Part shown: piece after piece, positions 1-13,223 of the stretch | How the letters are laid out: each line of letters starts with the position of its first letter | Numbering within the stretch: the first letter of the stretch is position 1 | NCBI RefSeq assembly: GCF_902459465.1 | Contig: NC_047069.1 | Location: 14,880,001 to 14,944,000 of the forward strand | Reading direction: 5' to 3' | DNA from: Asterias rubens | Lineage: Eukaryota | DNA: 64,000 nt | The notes under the pieces: generated by a model | What the model was told of the DNA's origin: nothing | What the model saw: the letters and a program-made list of their open reading frames with translations, nothing else | Database searches by the model: none | Made by a program: the position numbers and the translations under genes

Positions 1-590
1 ATTTGTCTGGTGAAACCGTAATGAGACAGCCCCTTTATAGAAACCTCTTATGATCAGATACCTTATGTAGCCAAAATAAGCCGTTTATGAATATTCCACC
101 CACCAATTTGTCTGGGGAAACCGTAATGAGACATCCCGTTTAAGGAAACCTATCGTGGTCAGATCTTCCTTAAAGAGCCAAAATGAGCTGTTGATCAAAA
201 TTCCACCCAACAATTTGTCTGGTGAAACCGTAATGAGACAGCCCATTTAAGGAAACCATATCATGTTCAGGTCTTCCTTAGAGAGCCAAAATGAGCTGTA
301 GATGTGAATTCCAAGCTCCAATTTGTCTGGCAAAAAAACATAGTAAGACGGCCCCTTTAAGCAAACCCTCTCATGGTCAGATCTATCTTATGGAGCCGAA
401 ATGACCCAATGATGAAAATTCTAAGCACCAATTTGTGAAAACATAGTGAGACAGCCTCTTTAAGGAAACCCGCTAATGGTCTACCTTTTGGAGTCAAAAT
501 GAGCTGCTGATAAAAATTTTGAGCACCAAATAGTCTGGTGAAACGTAGTGAGACAGCCCCTTCAAAGGAAAAGCTCTCACGATCAAACCC
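1..590. repeat. Diverged ~107-bp minisatellite in an intron of the Goliath-family gene
   Basis: Unit ATTTGTCTGG(T/G)GAAACCGTAATGAGACAGCCC... recurs at 1, 106, 213, 321, 431 and ~530, and runs off the left edge. Confidence 0.85.
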
Positions 591-625
591 ACCTTATTGA
601 ACCATCTATCACAATGTGGACTCAC

Positions 626-873
626 CTGTGTCCTGTCCCTTGCCTGTGCATACCGGAAGCGCTGAATGTAGTAAAACACCAGCCAGGCTAGCGAGATGAT
701 CATCAACACGATGAAGGACACCGACACGAAGAGAACCGAGGATTTCTTGATCTGGACGCTCTTGATGATCTTAGAACCGACGGCAAACTCTAGCTGGACA
801 TTGGTGCCGTTCTCGAGGAGGGTGACGATACGCTGGCCGGTTTCTGATGTAACTAAAATAGCTGGAATGTTTC
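626..873 (-). CDS. RNF130/RNF150: Goliath/GRAIL-family PA-TM-RING E3 ligase, coding exon 2 (end of PA domain and TM helix); gene continues beyond the left edge
   Basis: Acceptor ...aaaacAG at 875-874 and donor GTGAGT at 625. The 248-nt exon runs phase 1 to phase 0 and encodes ...VLFVSVSFIVLMIISLAWLVFYYIQRFRYAQARDRTQ, the TM/juxtamembrane motif of RNF130/149/150. Confidence 0.92.
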
Positions 874-1191
874 CTGTTTTAAAAGGGAGAAAAAGCAAGT
901 TATGCTTTTTAGTTACAAAATCAAGTTGTTCTCAGAAATAGTGAAATGGCATTAAAAGTGAAGAGAACCGAAACATTAGCCTTAAAACAATGTGATGCAG
1001 GCCTCAAAATAAACCAATAGCACCTAAAAATTTCTGTGGTGCCCTGTGCTTTTGCTGTGGTGCCCTGTGCATAGTTCCAATAAAAATTGATAAGTGCCCC
1101 TTACCCAAGGAAAATTTCTGTGCCCCTTCAAGAGCGGAGTTCAAAGCCTGGTGGTGTGAAATACTTTCAGCTTTAAGTCCTTATAAGTGAC

Positions 1192-1801
1192 ATTAATAAA
1201 TACCTTGGACGGTTTCAAGTCTCTGATTGGTCAAAACCCGGTCACGTGTGGGAGTGTTAACGGTGGTATAAAGACCAGCTTTTGGAAAATAGCGAATAAG
1301 TGTCCACTAAATCAGCATACATTGTGTAAACCTTGCGCGTTGCACTGTATCGCACGCTTATTTATATCCCTGTAAGTTTCATTGCAACTTCGCGCACTTA
1401 TGCGTACGCGCGCTGAAAATGTATAAATTTTGAGTGCGCGCAGATAACATGTGCGCGCGTATAAACTGACGCCGAGCTCATGCGTGCATTTAATGCACAA
1501 AGAACAGCTATCGTCCAATCATTTGCCTCCTTTGACCCCAGTGAAAGCGCTGAACAGATCATTATTTAAAAGAGTCACTGGTCTCAAAGATCAGTAATGT
1601 GATTAACGCACGAAAGAGATGGGAACCATCAAAAGCTCAAATATGGCCCCTGAACATGTCTGGAAGTACCGCCGAGAGAAAAGTCACAAAATTTTGACAA
1701 TTTTAGCCATTAAATTCGCTTAAAAAGGTCCGTTAACAGCGCCAGCCACCAACCCGGTCATTACCGCGCAGTGAAGACTGGGTACTCGCACTGTTATTCC
1801 C
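1192..1801. mobile_element. Non-autonomous Helentron-like element copy with half of its terminal hairpin deleted
   Basis: ATTAATAAATACC at 1192-1204. 1680-1801 is the reverse complement of parts of the element at 59092-59310. Confidence 0.55.
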
Positions 1802-2346
1802 GGCGCCTTTGAATGGATCTATTCCAGATACTGTGCGCCTTATAAATTTTATGTTATTTTTTTTTTTTTTTTTTTTAATTGGAAAGCTCCAAATCTTATC
1901 TATTTGATACAGTTTTTATTTTTAGCCGGAAGTTCCTGGTTTTGGCATGGAAATATATATGCTCAGGCCTCGAATTTCATCTGTGAGATGGCAATGGTAT
2001 TTAATTTTGTAAAGGGCACTCCAATCTGAAAGTCTAAGGGAAACTCTTGAAGGGGCACCAAGGCAAAGACCAGGGCAACAGTGAAAAGGATTCTGAGCAG
2101 GGGAACTCTAAACCCCTCCCACCCAATCTGGGTATGCCACTGCTTCAGAGTACCAAAGAAATACAAAGTGAAACAGATTATATAAACATTGTATAACAAG
2201 TGACTGAAGTGAAACAAGAACATACAAAAATCAAGCTACCAGGTAAAATTGAAAATGAAGTTTGAAATTCAGTTGAATTTGGATAAACGAACCAGTTACA
2301 TAAAGGTTAAGTAGGATTTGAAACTTTGCATGGTGGAAATACGCTA

Positions 2347-2733
2347 TGGAAAAGGTTTGCGGTAACACCATGTAATGTAATGACTAAAAAGAATCGTTGG
2401 TTTCAATTTGACGTTTCGATCAGTACACTGTATGCTCTGATCGTCTTCTGGAGAAAGCTGCAGCTTTCTTCAGAGGAAAGCTGCAGCTTTCTTCAGAGGA
2501 AAGCTGCAGCTTTCTTCAGAGGATGATCACTCAGCTTTCTTCTGGAGAAAGCTGCAGCTTTCTTCAGAGGAAAGCTGCAGCTTTCTTCAGAGGATGATCA
2601 CTCAGCTTTCTCCAGAAGACGATCAAAGCATACTGATCGAAACGTCAAATTGTAACGAACGTTTTTTTTCAGAACCACCCCAACTTATTTAGAGATAGTC
2701 ATTACATGGTGGTGTTACTGCAAACCTTTTCCA
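2347..2733. mobile_element. MITE with long TIRs and an internal array of 16-bp palindromes
   Basis: TGGAAAAGGTTTGCGGTAACACCATGTAATG at the left end and CATTACATGGTGGTGTTACTGCAAACCTTTTCCA at the right. A one-arm sister copy lies at ~9709-9834. Confidence 0.8.
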
Positions 2734-5710
2734 AATGACATAAAGGTTGATTGCTTTTCATATTGAAAAACAAGATCCATACACAGCGATGCAGTGCAAA
2801 TACAAAATAGTACTGACTATCCGAAGTAGAGCAAGGTTTCATTGATAATGATATAAATCTATAGACCTTGGACTTCATCCAATAACTTGTTTTACTATCC
2901 CACAGATCAGATGATCACATACTCTACTGGACTGCAGGGCACTAAAGTGTAAAGGAATTTCACAACAAGCAAGATTTCCATTTTTCAGGGTTTATGCACA
3001 TGGAAACTCGGCCTGACAATACATTTCATTTCATTGAGAGTGTGAAATGATAAAAAGAGATTGAGTCGCCTACAAAACAGGCTTGCAATAAATTACTTGT
3101 AGTATATTCTTCATACTAGTACTAATCCTTCAGAAAAAAATATTTCTAGATCTGAAGTACCATTGAAGCACAGCACTTAAGGCCAACATTACAATGTGCC
3201 TGTTACTTATTTTGAATGCTGCAATCAAAATAAGCCAACTATGATTTTAGTATGAATGTCACATACAAAACCCTTACAGAATATAGACTGGGTGTTTTCA
3301 CTATATTTGGGTGTTTTGACTTAATCATTTAATTTCATTGAATTTCCACAGATTAATTGTATGATGGGATGGGGGTGTTTATTAAAATCTATGAGATGTT
3401 TAAGTTGCTCTTCCAAAGAAAATGTATTTTCCCTTTAGTAGTCCTACACAGTACAACATTGTTATTTGAAACAGACTAGTTCCACACTTTTTATGACCCA
3501 ACATTTAGAAGGTGTGAACTCTGACATCACATGTTTACAAAAGAGCCACCAAGCCTTCCTGCAGGCACGATTTGTACACAGCTCAATGGAAGAAAACATA
3601 AAATCTCATTTTTTATGGAGATTGCACTGTCTAATTCTTATCAACTTTTGATATGATGAAAAGGGGCACAACTCAAAAACTCATTACTCTTGGATTGCTG
3701 TGAATATTATGACACAAAATGTCAACTTTCCCATATGACCAGGGCAGTATCTTGCCTGCCAGAATACCCAAAAGAATGTACAAGGTCACACTTATGGTAA
3801 ACAAAGTTCACATGGTCTAAAGACCAATAGACCCATACAATGTAGCTGGGACCCATAGTCTGAGACCTTGACCTAGACTGAAACCGGAAGGTCAGCCAGG
3901 GAGACCATGAAGGTCCAAGACCAAGATAAATTATTTTTAGCCTTCGAGAAAGACTCGGCTAAGGTCAAAATGTCTGGCCATTATACATTTGTTTTGCATT
4001 TATACCACAGGTCCTTTAGGTTGGTAAGTTGTTCGCAAGTTCAGCTAATTCTAATTTTTCGTTAAAATAATTATAATCTAAAGACCTACACATTGACATA
4101 ATGTAATTGAAATAACAAACCTTTTAAAATTTTAGGCTTAATCAGTCAGTGGAGTCACATGAAAAAAAATGTGGGGAAAAAGATAACTTTCATGTTTTCA
4201 ATGTTTTAGTTCTCAAGAGATCACAGCTATTTGTTTTCCTTATTTATCAAAAACTTCATAGCATTTCGAGCAAAAATATTTACAGAGACTTTTCACGATG
4301 ACCGTTTTTACACCAAAGTAGTGCAAATCTGTAAACAGTTTTGTTTATCAATTTAACCAATTACTTGCACACCATTTAATTGTTTTAACAAAAACTCAAT
4401 TAATACCATGACTACGATAACATCTTTTCAAACAGATCCAAAGTATCCAAATAGTTAGTTCTTTTAAAAAAAAGCCTAAACCTACATTTTAAATCTAACT
4501 GATATTCTGAGAAATAAAAGGAACCACATAAAAGCAATCAACAGTCGAACGCAGCATAGAAATTAAATCCATGAAAATTCTCTTCTCGTCATCAAATTGA
4601 AAATGTATCCTCTCATTCAGGTAATATAATGTAGAACATGACTTGATGCTCAAAAGCCAGACAGTTTGCCAATTGCCAGGGGCAGCCAGGCTGACTGTCT
4701 TTTGGACCCCTCTTTATCTATGGAGGACCCTAATTTGCAAGTTTACAGGATACATGTAGGCCTACAAGTACAGCAGTGAAGCAATAGTCGTAACTGCTTT
4801 AAAGGGTTGTGATACTTTTTGTAGATTAACTCTTTTGCCAAGACATAAATCCCTACTCACTGCGAATGACGATCCATATATGTAAGATAATTTACCTGTA
4901 GTTCTTTTCAGCTTCATTATTAGTCGTCAAGTTTTGAGAAACTCAAGGTGAAAATCACAGAGCAATGTTTTCAGGAGAGTCACGTAAATCCGACGAAAAA
5001 AATACTTTTTGCGAAACTGTTTTACTCAGTTCTCAAAAACTATAGCACCTCAGCAAATAATATTTAAAGGGATGCTTTCTACCATAATTATATTTAAACA
5101 GTGTAAGTTTTATGTTAAGACAAACAGTACCCCAAAGTAACCGATTTGTGCACTTCATAATCATTGATATTATAAACCACTGTCCTTTCTCTATGGTTTA
5201 ACCGATATTTGTAATGAGAGAGAGATTGGCTGTTCACAGCTTGGCATAAAATATTCCATTGTGGAAGTTTGCCAAGTTCCCTTGCCGGGAAGATCACCCA
5301 AAAAACAAACAAACACAGAAACAAACTCTACGAGGTACTCTAATCTGGGCGGAAGATGTCACCCATTGATTGAAGTGATAAAACATGGACATCCGGTGAA
5401 ATCTGGCTTTCCCTTTCACATAATCCAAATTTCACCCTGAGATTACCTTCTGCACCAATGCCCTCATACAATTGTATTTAATACTAAACACCTCCAAACA
5501 ATCTGTCCATTGTACAAAGGTGAGCAACCATGACCATACAGGCAGGCGAACTATTACTAATTGAACGGTTCCTAATGAATTCCTTGAAATCACGCATTTG
5601 CGGTCTTCTACATCCTTCCATTCAATTATGAAATGCATTAATCCATTTTCAGCAATCAACCATTTAGCCTGGCTACCGACTCCCACTATAGATGCCTTAT
5701 TATTCAGTTT

Positions 5711-6093
5711 AAAGGCAGTGGACACTATTGGTAATTACTCAAAATAATTATTGGCATAAAACCTTTCTTGATTACGAGTAATGGGGAGAGGTTGATGGTA
5801 TAAAACATTTTGAGAAACGGATCCCTCTGAAGTGCCATAGTTTTAGAGAAAGACGTAATTTTCCATGAATTTGATTTCGAGACCTCAGATTTAGAACTGG
5901 AGGTCTTGAAATCAACCATCTAAACGCACAAAACTTTGTGTGACAAGGGTGTTTTTTTCTTTCATTATTATCTCGCAAGTTCGATGATCAATTGAGCTCA
6001 ATTTTTCACAGGTTTGTTATTTTATGCTTATGTTAAGATACACCAACTGTGAAGGCTAGTCTTTGACAAATACCAATAGTGTCCACTGCCTTT
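5711..6093. mobile_element. ~380-bp MITE, family A
   Basis: TIR AAAGGCAGTGGACACTATTGGTA ... TACCAATAGTGTCCACTGCCTTT with TA-flanked ends, and at least 8 copies in the window. Confidence 0.9.
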
Positions 6094-7412
6094 AAAGGGT
6101 TTTGATACCTTTTGCAGATATATTTGTTTTGCGTGACAAGAATCCCTAATCACTGTGAATGAAGATATAACATAATTTACCTGAAGAAACTTCAGCTTCA
6201 ATTAGTCATCGAGTTTTAAAATCGCAGAGCAACTACAGCATTTAGAAAATAATATTTTAAGGGAAGTTTTCTACCATCATTATCTTCAAACCGTGTAAGT
6301 TTAATGTCAATCTGCGGACATTGTGTTTTGTGTCATTACAAAAAGTACTCCTTTTTGTTTTACCCATTTATACACTGATGTGTGTAAGCACTGTATACTC
6401 AGTACTTACCCAAGTTCTGTTTAAATAATCACATGTATGTTACTCGAGTGGGATTCCAATTCTAGAGCACAGTCACACCAACTAGACCTCCAAGATTGCC
6501 AGGTAGCTAGAGACAGTTCGAAACCTATGTTTTACGTAGCAGCTGGTACTGCAACGACGGTTTAATAGATGTTTTTTTTCATCAGGGATAAAGAATATTC
6601 ATTTTGGTTTACCCTTTAAAGTAGAGGCCTGGACTAGCACAAGTCTACTTATGCACCTGCTGGTCCTTGGGTAAGATAAATGTATGGATCATCAACTGTC
6701 ACAGGCATTTAGCCCAAGTCTGCTGGCTATGCTCAGGTGCTGAATCTTTATGTGGATTAAACTTGCTTGATAAAATGATGTATGATTGTTATTATTTATT
6801 TAAGCGGAAGGAAGGCCGGGTGGAATCCCCCTCACAGTTCAAGCAGGTTCGGGTTGGTGCTGAATGGAAAACAAAATAATTTTGGATATAAAGGTGACCT
6901 TTTCAAGGTTACTTTTTACCTCCAAATAAATTGGCCTGACTACAAAGTTGTACGTTTGTTTTGTTTTTGGGAAGGAAGGAATCCCCTCATAGTTCAGGCC
7001 GATTCAGGGTGGGTGATGAATGGAAAACAAAATTGTTTTCATGGTTGGTACTAGGCTCTAATGGTATTTAGGAGGCAGGTGTATTTCTTGTTGGTGCATA
7101 CTGTACATAGTACGTACTTCTCTTCAAAATCTCAACTAGTGTGTTCGTACAGCAGGCCTGGAACTTTGCTCTTGAAGAGCCTCTGACATTCCCCTCTGGG
7201 GTAGTTCCCCCTTTCACTATTTCATTGAGTGTCATGCTTGAACATTATTGTTGACCACCTAAAACTAATTGCACTGTGGTGCATTGTTTCAAATTCTACA
7301 ACTTGATCGCATTTGACACACAGCATGAGAAGCGCGCATGTAGAAATCAATCCTGTAAGTTCACGTGCTTCTCAAGTGCGTTTATCATGGTCTCCTCAGA
7401 AGTAAGTTTGTT

Positions 7413-7590
7413 TTTCGTGGAAAATGCCTCTGAATGATGCAACGGGTGAATTTTGGTGAAGCAACACACAAAGTTTTAGGCATGCTATGCCGCGGTTAAT
7501 GTTTCGTGGAAAATGCCTCTGAATGATGCAACGGGTGAATTTTGGTGAAGCAACACACAAAGTTTTAGGCATGCTATGCCGCGATTAATG
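7413..7590. repeat. Near-perfect 89-bp tandem duplication
   Basis: TTTCGTGGAAAATGCCTCTGAATGATGC...GCC GCG(G/A)TTAATG begins at 7413 and again at 7502. Confidence 0.9.
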
Positions 7591-7919
7591 CAATGCTGAC
7601 TTACCAACAGGATTGAGGGTAATATTTAGAATAGACCTACGCGCATGATATCCATTTAAGTAGGGCGCCCTCATCTAGAGGTCTACTATTACAAAAGAAG
7701 GTTGCTCGGTCATTGCCCTTTCCTGTGCCCTGCGCGTATTCTATATGTGTAGATGTGCGTTTCCTGCTATTGAATCATCTTTTTGTTAGTACTCAAGATG
7801 GCGGCGTGATAACCTCAACTCAATGCAATTGCAAGTGCAACAAGGACTACAGAACTAAAACTAATACGAAGCTAATAAGAGATGGTCCAAACAAGTCTGT
7901 ACCCGAATGAAACATTGAT

Positions 7920-8097
7920 TAGTTGCGTTAACGTAACCCACCTCCTGATGGTGTTCACACCGCCGGGGGGGGGAGGGTTACGTGGATAATCATCCTAGCC
8001 CAATCGATTGAAAACATCCTCGGGTGCAAAAAAAAAAAAAAAAAACAGAAGTTGGTGGCGAGGTCGTAAAATTTTTCCGGTTACGTTATCGCAACTA
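7920..8097. mobile_element. Small MITE
   Basis: TAGTTGCGTTAACGTAACC ... GGTTACGTTATCGCAACTA inverted ends. Confidence 0.6.
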
Positions 8098-8122
8098 GAT
8101 TAGCACATGAACAATCATAATA

Positions 8123-8257
8123 TGGATAACTTTCCGTATGGCGCCACCACCTTTTCACTCATTTTTACAAAAAGGGATATCTCATTGAGGTAAATTAGAT
8201 ACTATATTATTTCTTATCGAATGAAAAAGTGGTGGCGCCATACGGAAACTTTTCCCA
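8123..8257. mobile_element. ~135-bp MITE with TA target duplication (Tc1/mariner-like)
   Basis: TGGATAACTTTCCGTATGGCGCCACCAC ... GTGGTGGCGCCATACGGAAACTTTTCCCA, flanked by TA on both sides. Confidence 0.75.
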
Positions 8258-8311
8258 TAATATTTAAATAAAGAGTTAAAAAATAAACAGTACAATCAAT
8301 CAATGTAATAC

Positions 8312-8858
8312 CTAAATTTTGTATTGTATGCAGTTCCTCCCCTGCTTTGTTGTCAAAGACAACAACTCCGGTTGCATTATATTTTTCAGCCAGTGAAATC
8401 TTTTCCGAGTCCGAACAGTTTCCCTTCTTCACAAGGGCTATCCAAGGCAGCCCATGCCGTAGTTGTTTTAGGGTGCTCGACTTGCCCTTGCTTGGTTTAT
8501 ACGGTACACAACCACGAGCCTGTACACCACCCCGATAGACCAGCGTACCGTGGGCATCTCTGACCGGACCAGAGCTGTATCGTCCCGGGTCTTTGTGAGT
8601 CTGTGGATGGTACAGCATTTCCGTTGTCACATTACCCGTTGTCGGGTCCCGGTATGTGATAGAAACTATTGCTGTGGTCCATGTATCCGACTGACTGCTG
8701 TAGAAATCGTAAGTGTCCACGAAGGAAGATTGGATAATGGAGGCAAAGATGAACATCACCACTGTCTGGATGTACGAATGTGAAATTAGTTGCCATGTTT
8801 TTCCGGGCACGGAGATGAAACGAGTGCGATGTCGGTTGAATCCCGTGAACGCGGCCAT
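8312..8858 (-). CDS. RNF130/RNF150: Goliath/GRAIL-family PA-TM-RING E3 ligase, coding exon 1 (hydrophobic leader and PA domain)
   Basis: ATG at 8858 (accATGG) and phase-1 donor G|GTATTA at 8311, matching exon 2. PA motif WIALVKKGNCSDSEKISLAEKYNATGVVVFD resembles WIALLQRGNCTFKEKI of RNF130. Confidence 0.92.
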
Positions 8859-9223
8859 GGTGTTTCCACACACTATCCCCGTAGATTTACCACACAACTC
8901 CTGCCTGCTGCTCACACAATTTCACCCTTCAACAAACGAATGATTAGGACGTGTTCCTGCAACTGTTTCGACGATATGACATGAACGAGTGGTAACAAAT
9001 TATCACACAACATCATTAGTATCACTCAGTTAAAAAATGGCACATCACAAAGTTCCGACCTCTGATTCAATCACAACTGAACATGAACTGAACAACTAGC
9101 TGGACGGACGGGGTTTCACCACACAGACAGCGCCGACGTCGTGTGTCCGAGTATAATAACAACAAGCCTGTACATTGTTGTATACGTGACGTGTGTCGTG
9201 TATGTAAAAGGCATCTAACGGTC

Positions 9224-11489
9224 ACTTCGGCACTGGGCAAACTCGGCACCTGCTATCTCGCCACCTTGCAAATGCGGCACCCAAACAAACTCGGCACAAG
9301 CACAATAATCGGCACCGTTTTCAAAATGGCCAATCAGTGATAATTTTGTCCCGCATGGCAGAAATATATTTTGAAAATTAATAAGCACTGAAACGTTAAC
9401 TTTGGGGGTGGTGGGAGGGGATATTATAGAGTGATTTCAACAAAGAAATGCCGTAGCGGGAAAACAACCAAATTATAATTCGAAACAGCGCACTTGAATT
9501 ACAAAGTTTCCTGTTGTTTCCCGCAAATGAAACTGCGTTTTGAGGATCATTATTTTTTTTTTCAAAACGAAAAAACTATTTTCGAAACGGCGCGCTGGAA
9601 TTACCAAGTTTCCACGCAACTGAAAACTTGCGTTTCGCTGTCGCAAAGACCTTTAATTTTGATTCTTCAACGGATTTTTGTCGGACCACTGAAACAAAAA
9701 GCACATTATGGAAAGGTTTGCGGTAACACTATGTAATGACTATCTCTATGAGTTGGGGTGGTTCTGAAAAGAACAGTTGGTTTCAACTTGACGTTTCGAT
9801 CAGTATGCTCTGATCGTCTTCTGGAGAAAGCACTATGATATATTTTTTTCCCAGATGACAAAAACACACCACGAATTCGAAATGGCATCCGAATGCGATA
9901 TTTAGATACTAATAGTAGATTTGCAAGTAATAATTATTGTTCATGTGGAGAAGTGACTGGTGATGTTAGCCTCCATGCTAAGAATAAGAGGAGCCTCGCG
10001 ATCGAAAGGCACTTTTCGCGGATTGGTGAATTATTTGGCAGCATTTAATTATATAGGATTTTTGAAAAAGAATAACCATGTTTGTTGGTTAGACACTCTC
10101 CGCAGAGTTCTTTATACACAAAGTGGACAGAACAGTAACTCTACAAGAAGCCTAACAGGCATAGAAATCTGAGAAGTTGTCGAGGAACACAAAACAAGCT
10201 AGAAAGTATAATGATATAATAACGGTATTCTTATTCTTACTCTTTATTTGGCCATTAAACAATTACAAATACAAGCAGACAGTATATGTAAAATAAATAG
10301 TATAAATACAAAAGTAAACACAAAGCACATAATCTATGAACAACGGATTATTGATTATTGTCAATATTTTTATTACACAATAGTTGATGATTATATTAAG
10401 AAGCGCTGCCTTCAAAACAGTGTTTAAGTTGAGATTAGGAAAGTTTCCCAGTGCTTCGCAACGTGGGAAAAAACATTTTGGATCGAATAGGCGTAATTGC
10501 TCATGGTGACAACAAATGAATCATGACTATGTCATCGTTTCTTGTTGTTAGAAAATCTGTCACATGAATTAAACTCATCATTATGTACCATGTTCTCAAA
10601 ATTTGAAAACCGTTTGTCAGTTTTTTCCTAAAACACTTAGGTCTTTATATGAGGATGATTAAAACAATTAAGAAAACAAAGGGAGTGTAGTTTTAACCGT
10701 CTTGTTCGGAATGGCTCCTCCCTTACAAGGAAAACAGCATCTGATCCCGTATTATATACTACAGTAACGTCCTGGACATCAGGGTCCATTTCTGGGGCGG
10801 AAAATTTCCAAAGCTTCATAACTCAAATCTTACCTGCAAGAAACCACAGATTCACATCCATGGCAGCATATATTTTTCTGCAGTGGGTTTCGATCGTCAT
10901 ATACTCTTCACAAATCCGTAATTTTCATGAAATTAATAAAGCAGCTCCCAACGTTAAGAAATTCAAAGTTTGTGTTCGTACAGTCAAGATACGGTGACCA
11001 AGAATTCATGCGTCTTGCATCTTAATTGTGTCTTGCACGCGATGATGTATATGTACGCGCACGGCAGCAGACAACACTGTGAGTGTGAGAAAACGATCCA
11101 AAACGGGAATTTGTTAACACTGGGAGCTGCATTATTTCACGAAAAGTACGGATTTGTGAAGAATATATGACGACCAAAACCCACCGCAGAAAAATGTATG
11201 CCGCCATGGAATGTGAATCTGTTAAAATTAGTGGCTTGTTGCAGGTAAGATTTGAGTTATGAAGCTTTGAAAATTTTCCGCCCCACAAAGGGCTATGTCA
11301 CAACCATCTCTCTCGGAGGATTATTTCAAAAAGGGAGAGAAAGCCCGAACTCCATTAAATAATAACGCCCCTCCCAGGATTATTACAAAAAGGGGGAAAA
11401 AACGCCGAGTTGTTCTTGTGGCGCATACTACCAACTTTTCAGTGGGTGTGCCGAGTTTGCAAGGTGCCGAGTTTGCAGGTGCCGAGTTT
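9224..11489. mobile_element. Probable ~2.3-kb non-autonomous DNA element with subterminal inverted repeats, between the RNF and Rab9 5' ends
   Basis: AAACTCGGCAC x2 plus CGGCAC variants at 9224-9317, opposed by GTGCCGAGTTT x3 at 11448, 11464 and 11479. Confidence 0.5.
10793..11285. mobile_element. Nested ~490-bp MITE with ~200-bp imperfect TIRs
   Basis: TGGGGCGGAAAATTTCCAAAGCTTCATAACTCAAATCTTACCTGC ... GCAGGTAAGATTTGAGTTATGAAGCTTTGAAAATTTTCCGCCCCA. Confidence 0.8.
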
Positions 11490-13223
11490 AGTAATAGGTG
11501 GGTTAGGAATAGACTAGCAGTAAGTCGGGAGTTTTGGGGAACTACCACTAAATGCAGTGTACTCTGTAGCTATTTATTATTGAGAATATTTGTTATTATA
11601 AAATATTTTTGCAAGCAGCTCATGGTTAGCAGTCCATAACCAATTTATGATAGCAAATTATAAGATGTTAGAAAACTACTTGCACATTGTTTTAGATGGC
11701 GCAATTAACGCTGCCTGATTGTACAACGGACTTGAATAAGTTTAATCCAACTACACGAATCACGTGCATCATATCGTCTGATATCCGTCTTATCGTCCAT
11801 ACACACACCGTGATTTGAAGTCTAGTTTTTGTCTCTACACCACCATCATCGTGTGTGTCATCATCAGCACACACACCGCCCACCACCCATCCATCTATTC
11901 GTGTGTAAAACCAGAAGAGAAACGTAGGACATTTTGCAGACATTTACAATCAATGTTTTTCTGTTGTTGTGAGGTGGTGTAATATTTGTTATTTTGTTCT
12001 CACTGCGTACCGTGGAACCAGATGATATTCTTTGATGAGGTAATGTGAAAATGGAGGTATGAGAAATATATTGTGAAAAATGAATGTGTTTGAATTTGAA
12101 AGTCCTTTTTTGGTTTATAAAATAAATTGCAATAATGTATTGTATTGTTGTTGTTTATAACAAAAAAAAGTAATGACTCATTCATTCACTGGTGCTGCTG
12201 ACATGGCTGAGGTATTTAGGTCAGGATCAGGTGTTTGTTTAGTATTTAGAATATAACTGTAAGACGTTAAGCATGTTAAGTAAGTGGTAAGTAGCTGCAC
12301 ATATGTAAGAAACAATGACTGATGAGTTTTTACTTGTACATTGTACCATAGAGTATTACTCTATGATTGTACAGTCATATAGTATATACGTTTACTACAT
12401 CCTTACTGAACCCATGCATGGAGCTCTCCATGCTGAAGCTAAGGACTACATCATGATGTCATGGATGAAAATAGTACATCCCAGCCAGAGGTTCCTTCCG
12501 CTTTCCTTGAAACAATAGCGGAACGAACCTCATAGTTCTAGGGTAGGAGTATACATGTATATGCCAAGTACCGGCGAAGTAGAAGATACACACCTCTGCA
12601 CCGTTCATGGACAAGAAGTTCCTTGGCATTATGATATCCAGACTTGTGGATCCTACCGAGTTCCGAAGTGAAGGTAGAAACTTTGTGCACTGTTGGTTGG
12701 AGGGCATTTTTGCCATAACCTGTCAGTGTCACTTCAGTGTAATTTTTGCTAATATTTAGTTCCATATTTTTATGGGAAGAAGAAGTACATAATTTATACT
12801 GATTCGTCGGTGTCATTGTCACTTGTCAGTGTCACACATGCACCCAGTTGTTGGTGTTAGTGTCACTTTCAGTTTCATTTTGATGGTTGCTTGATGTATC
12901 TGCTCTTTACCCACAACCCAGCCTGCTGATGACATCAAGATTCTTAGCTAAAATTGTAGAACCCATGCTGTTAAAGGCATTATGCTAAATTTCTACCTTT
13001 CTTTTATGCTTTATAGGTTTGATTCTCGACTGACACAGATTGATAGAGACTCTTCAAATTTTTGGTTATTTGGACAAGAACATGTCAGTGGACACATCAA
13101 CTGCTTCAGTTCCGGTGGATGTAAGGACAACATTTCTACGAACATCTTTATGAAAGGTGTACTATCACCTATCACAGTAAAAGGCCACATAGGTTAAAGG
13201 CGGCAATTTCTGACGCATCCAAA

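Noticed and set aside
2453-2612. CRISPR-like array of palindromic repeats
   Set aside because: There are no unique spacers (the 7-nt linkers are identical), no cas genes, a eukaryotic intron context, and it lies inside a MITE.
8324-8984. Plus-strand ORFs of 63-79 aa
   Set aside because: They are antisense shadows of the GC-richer RNF exon 1 and have no recognisable motifs.
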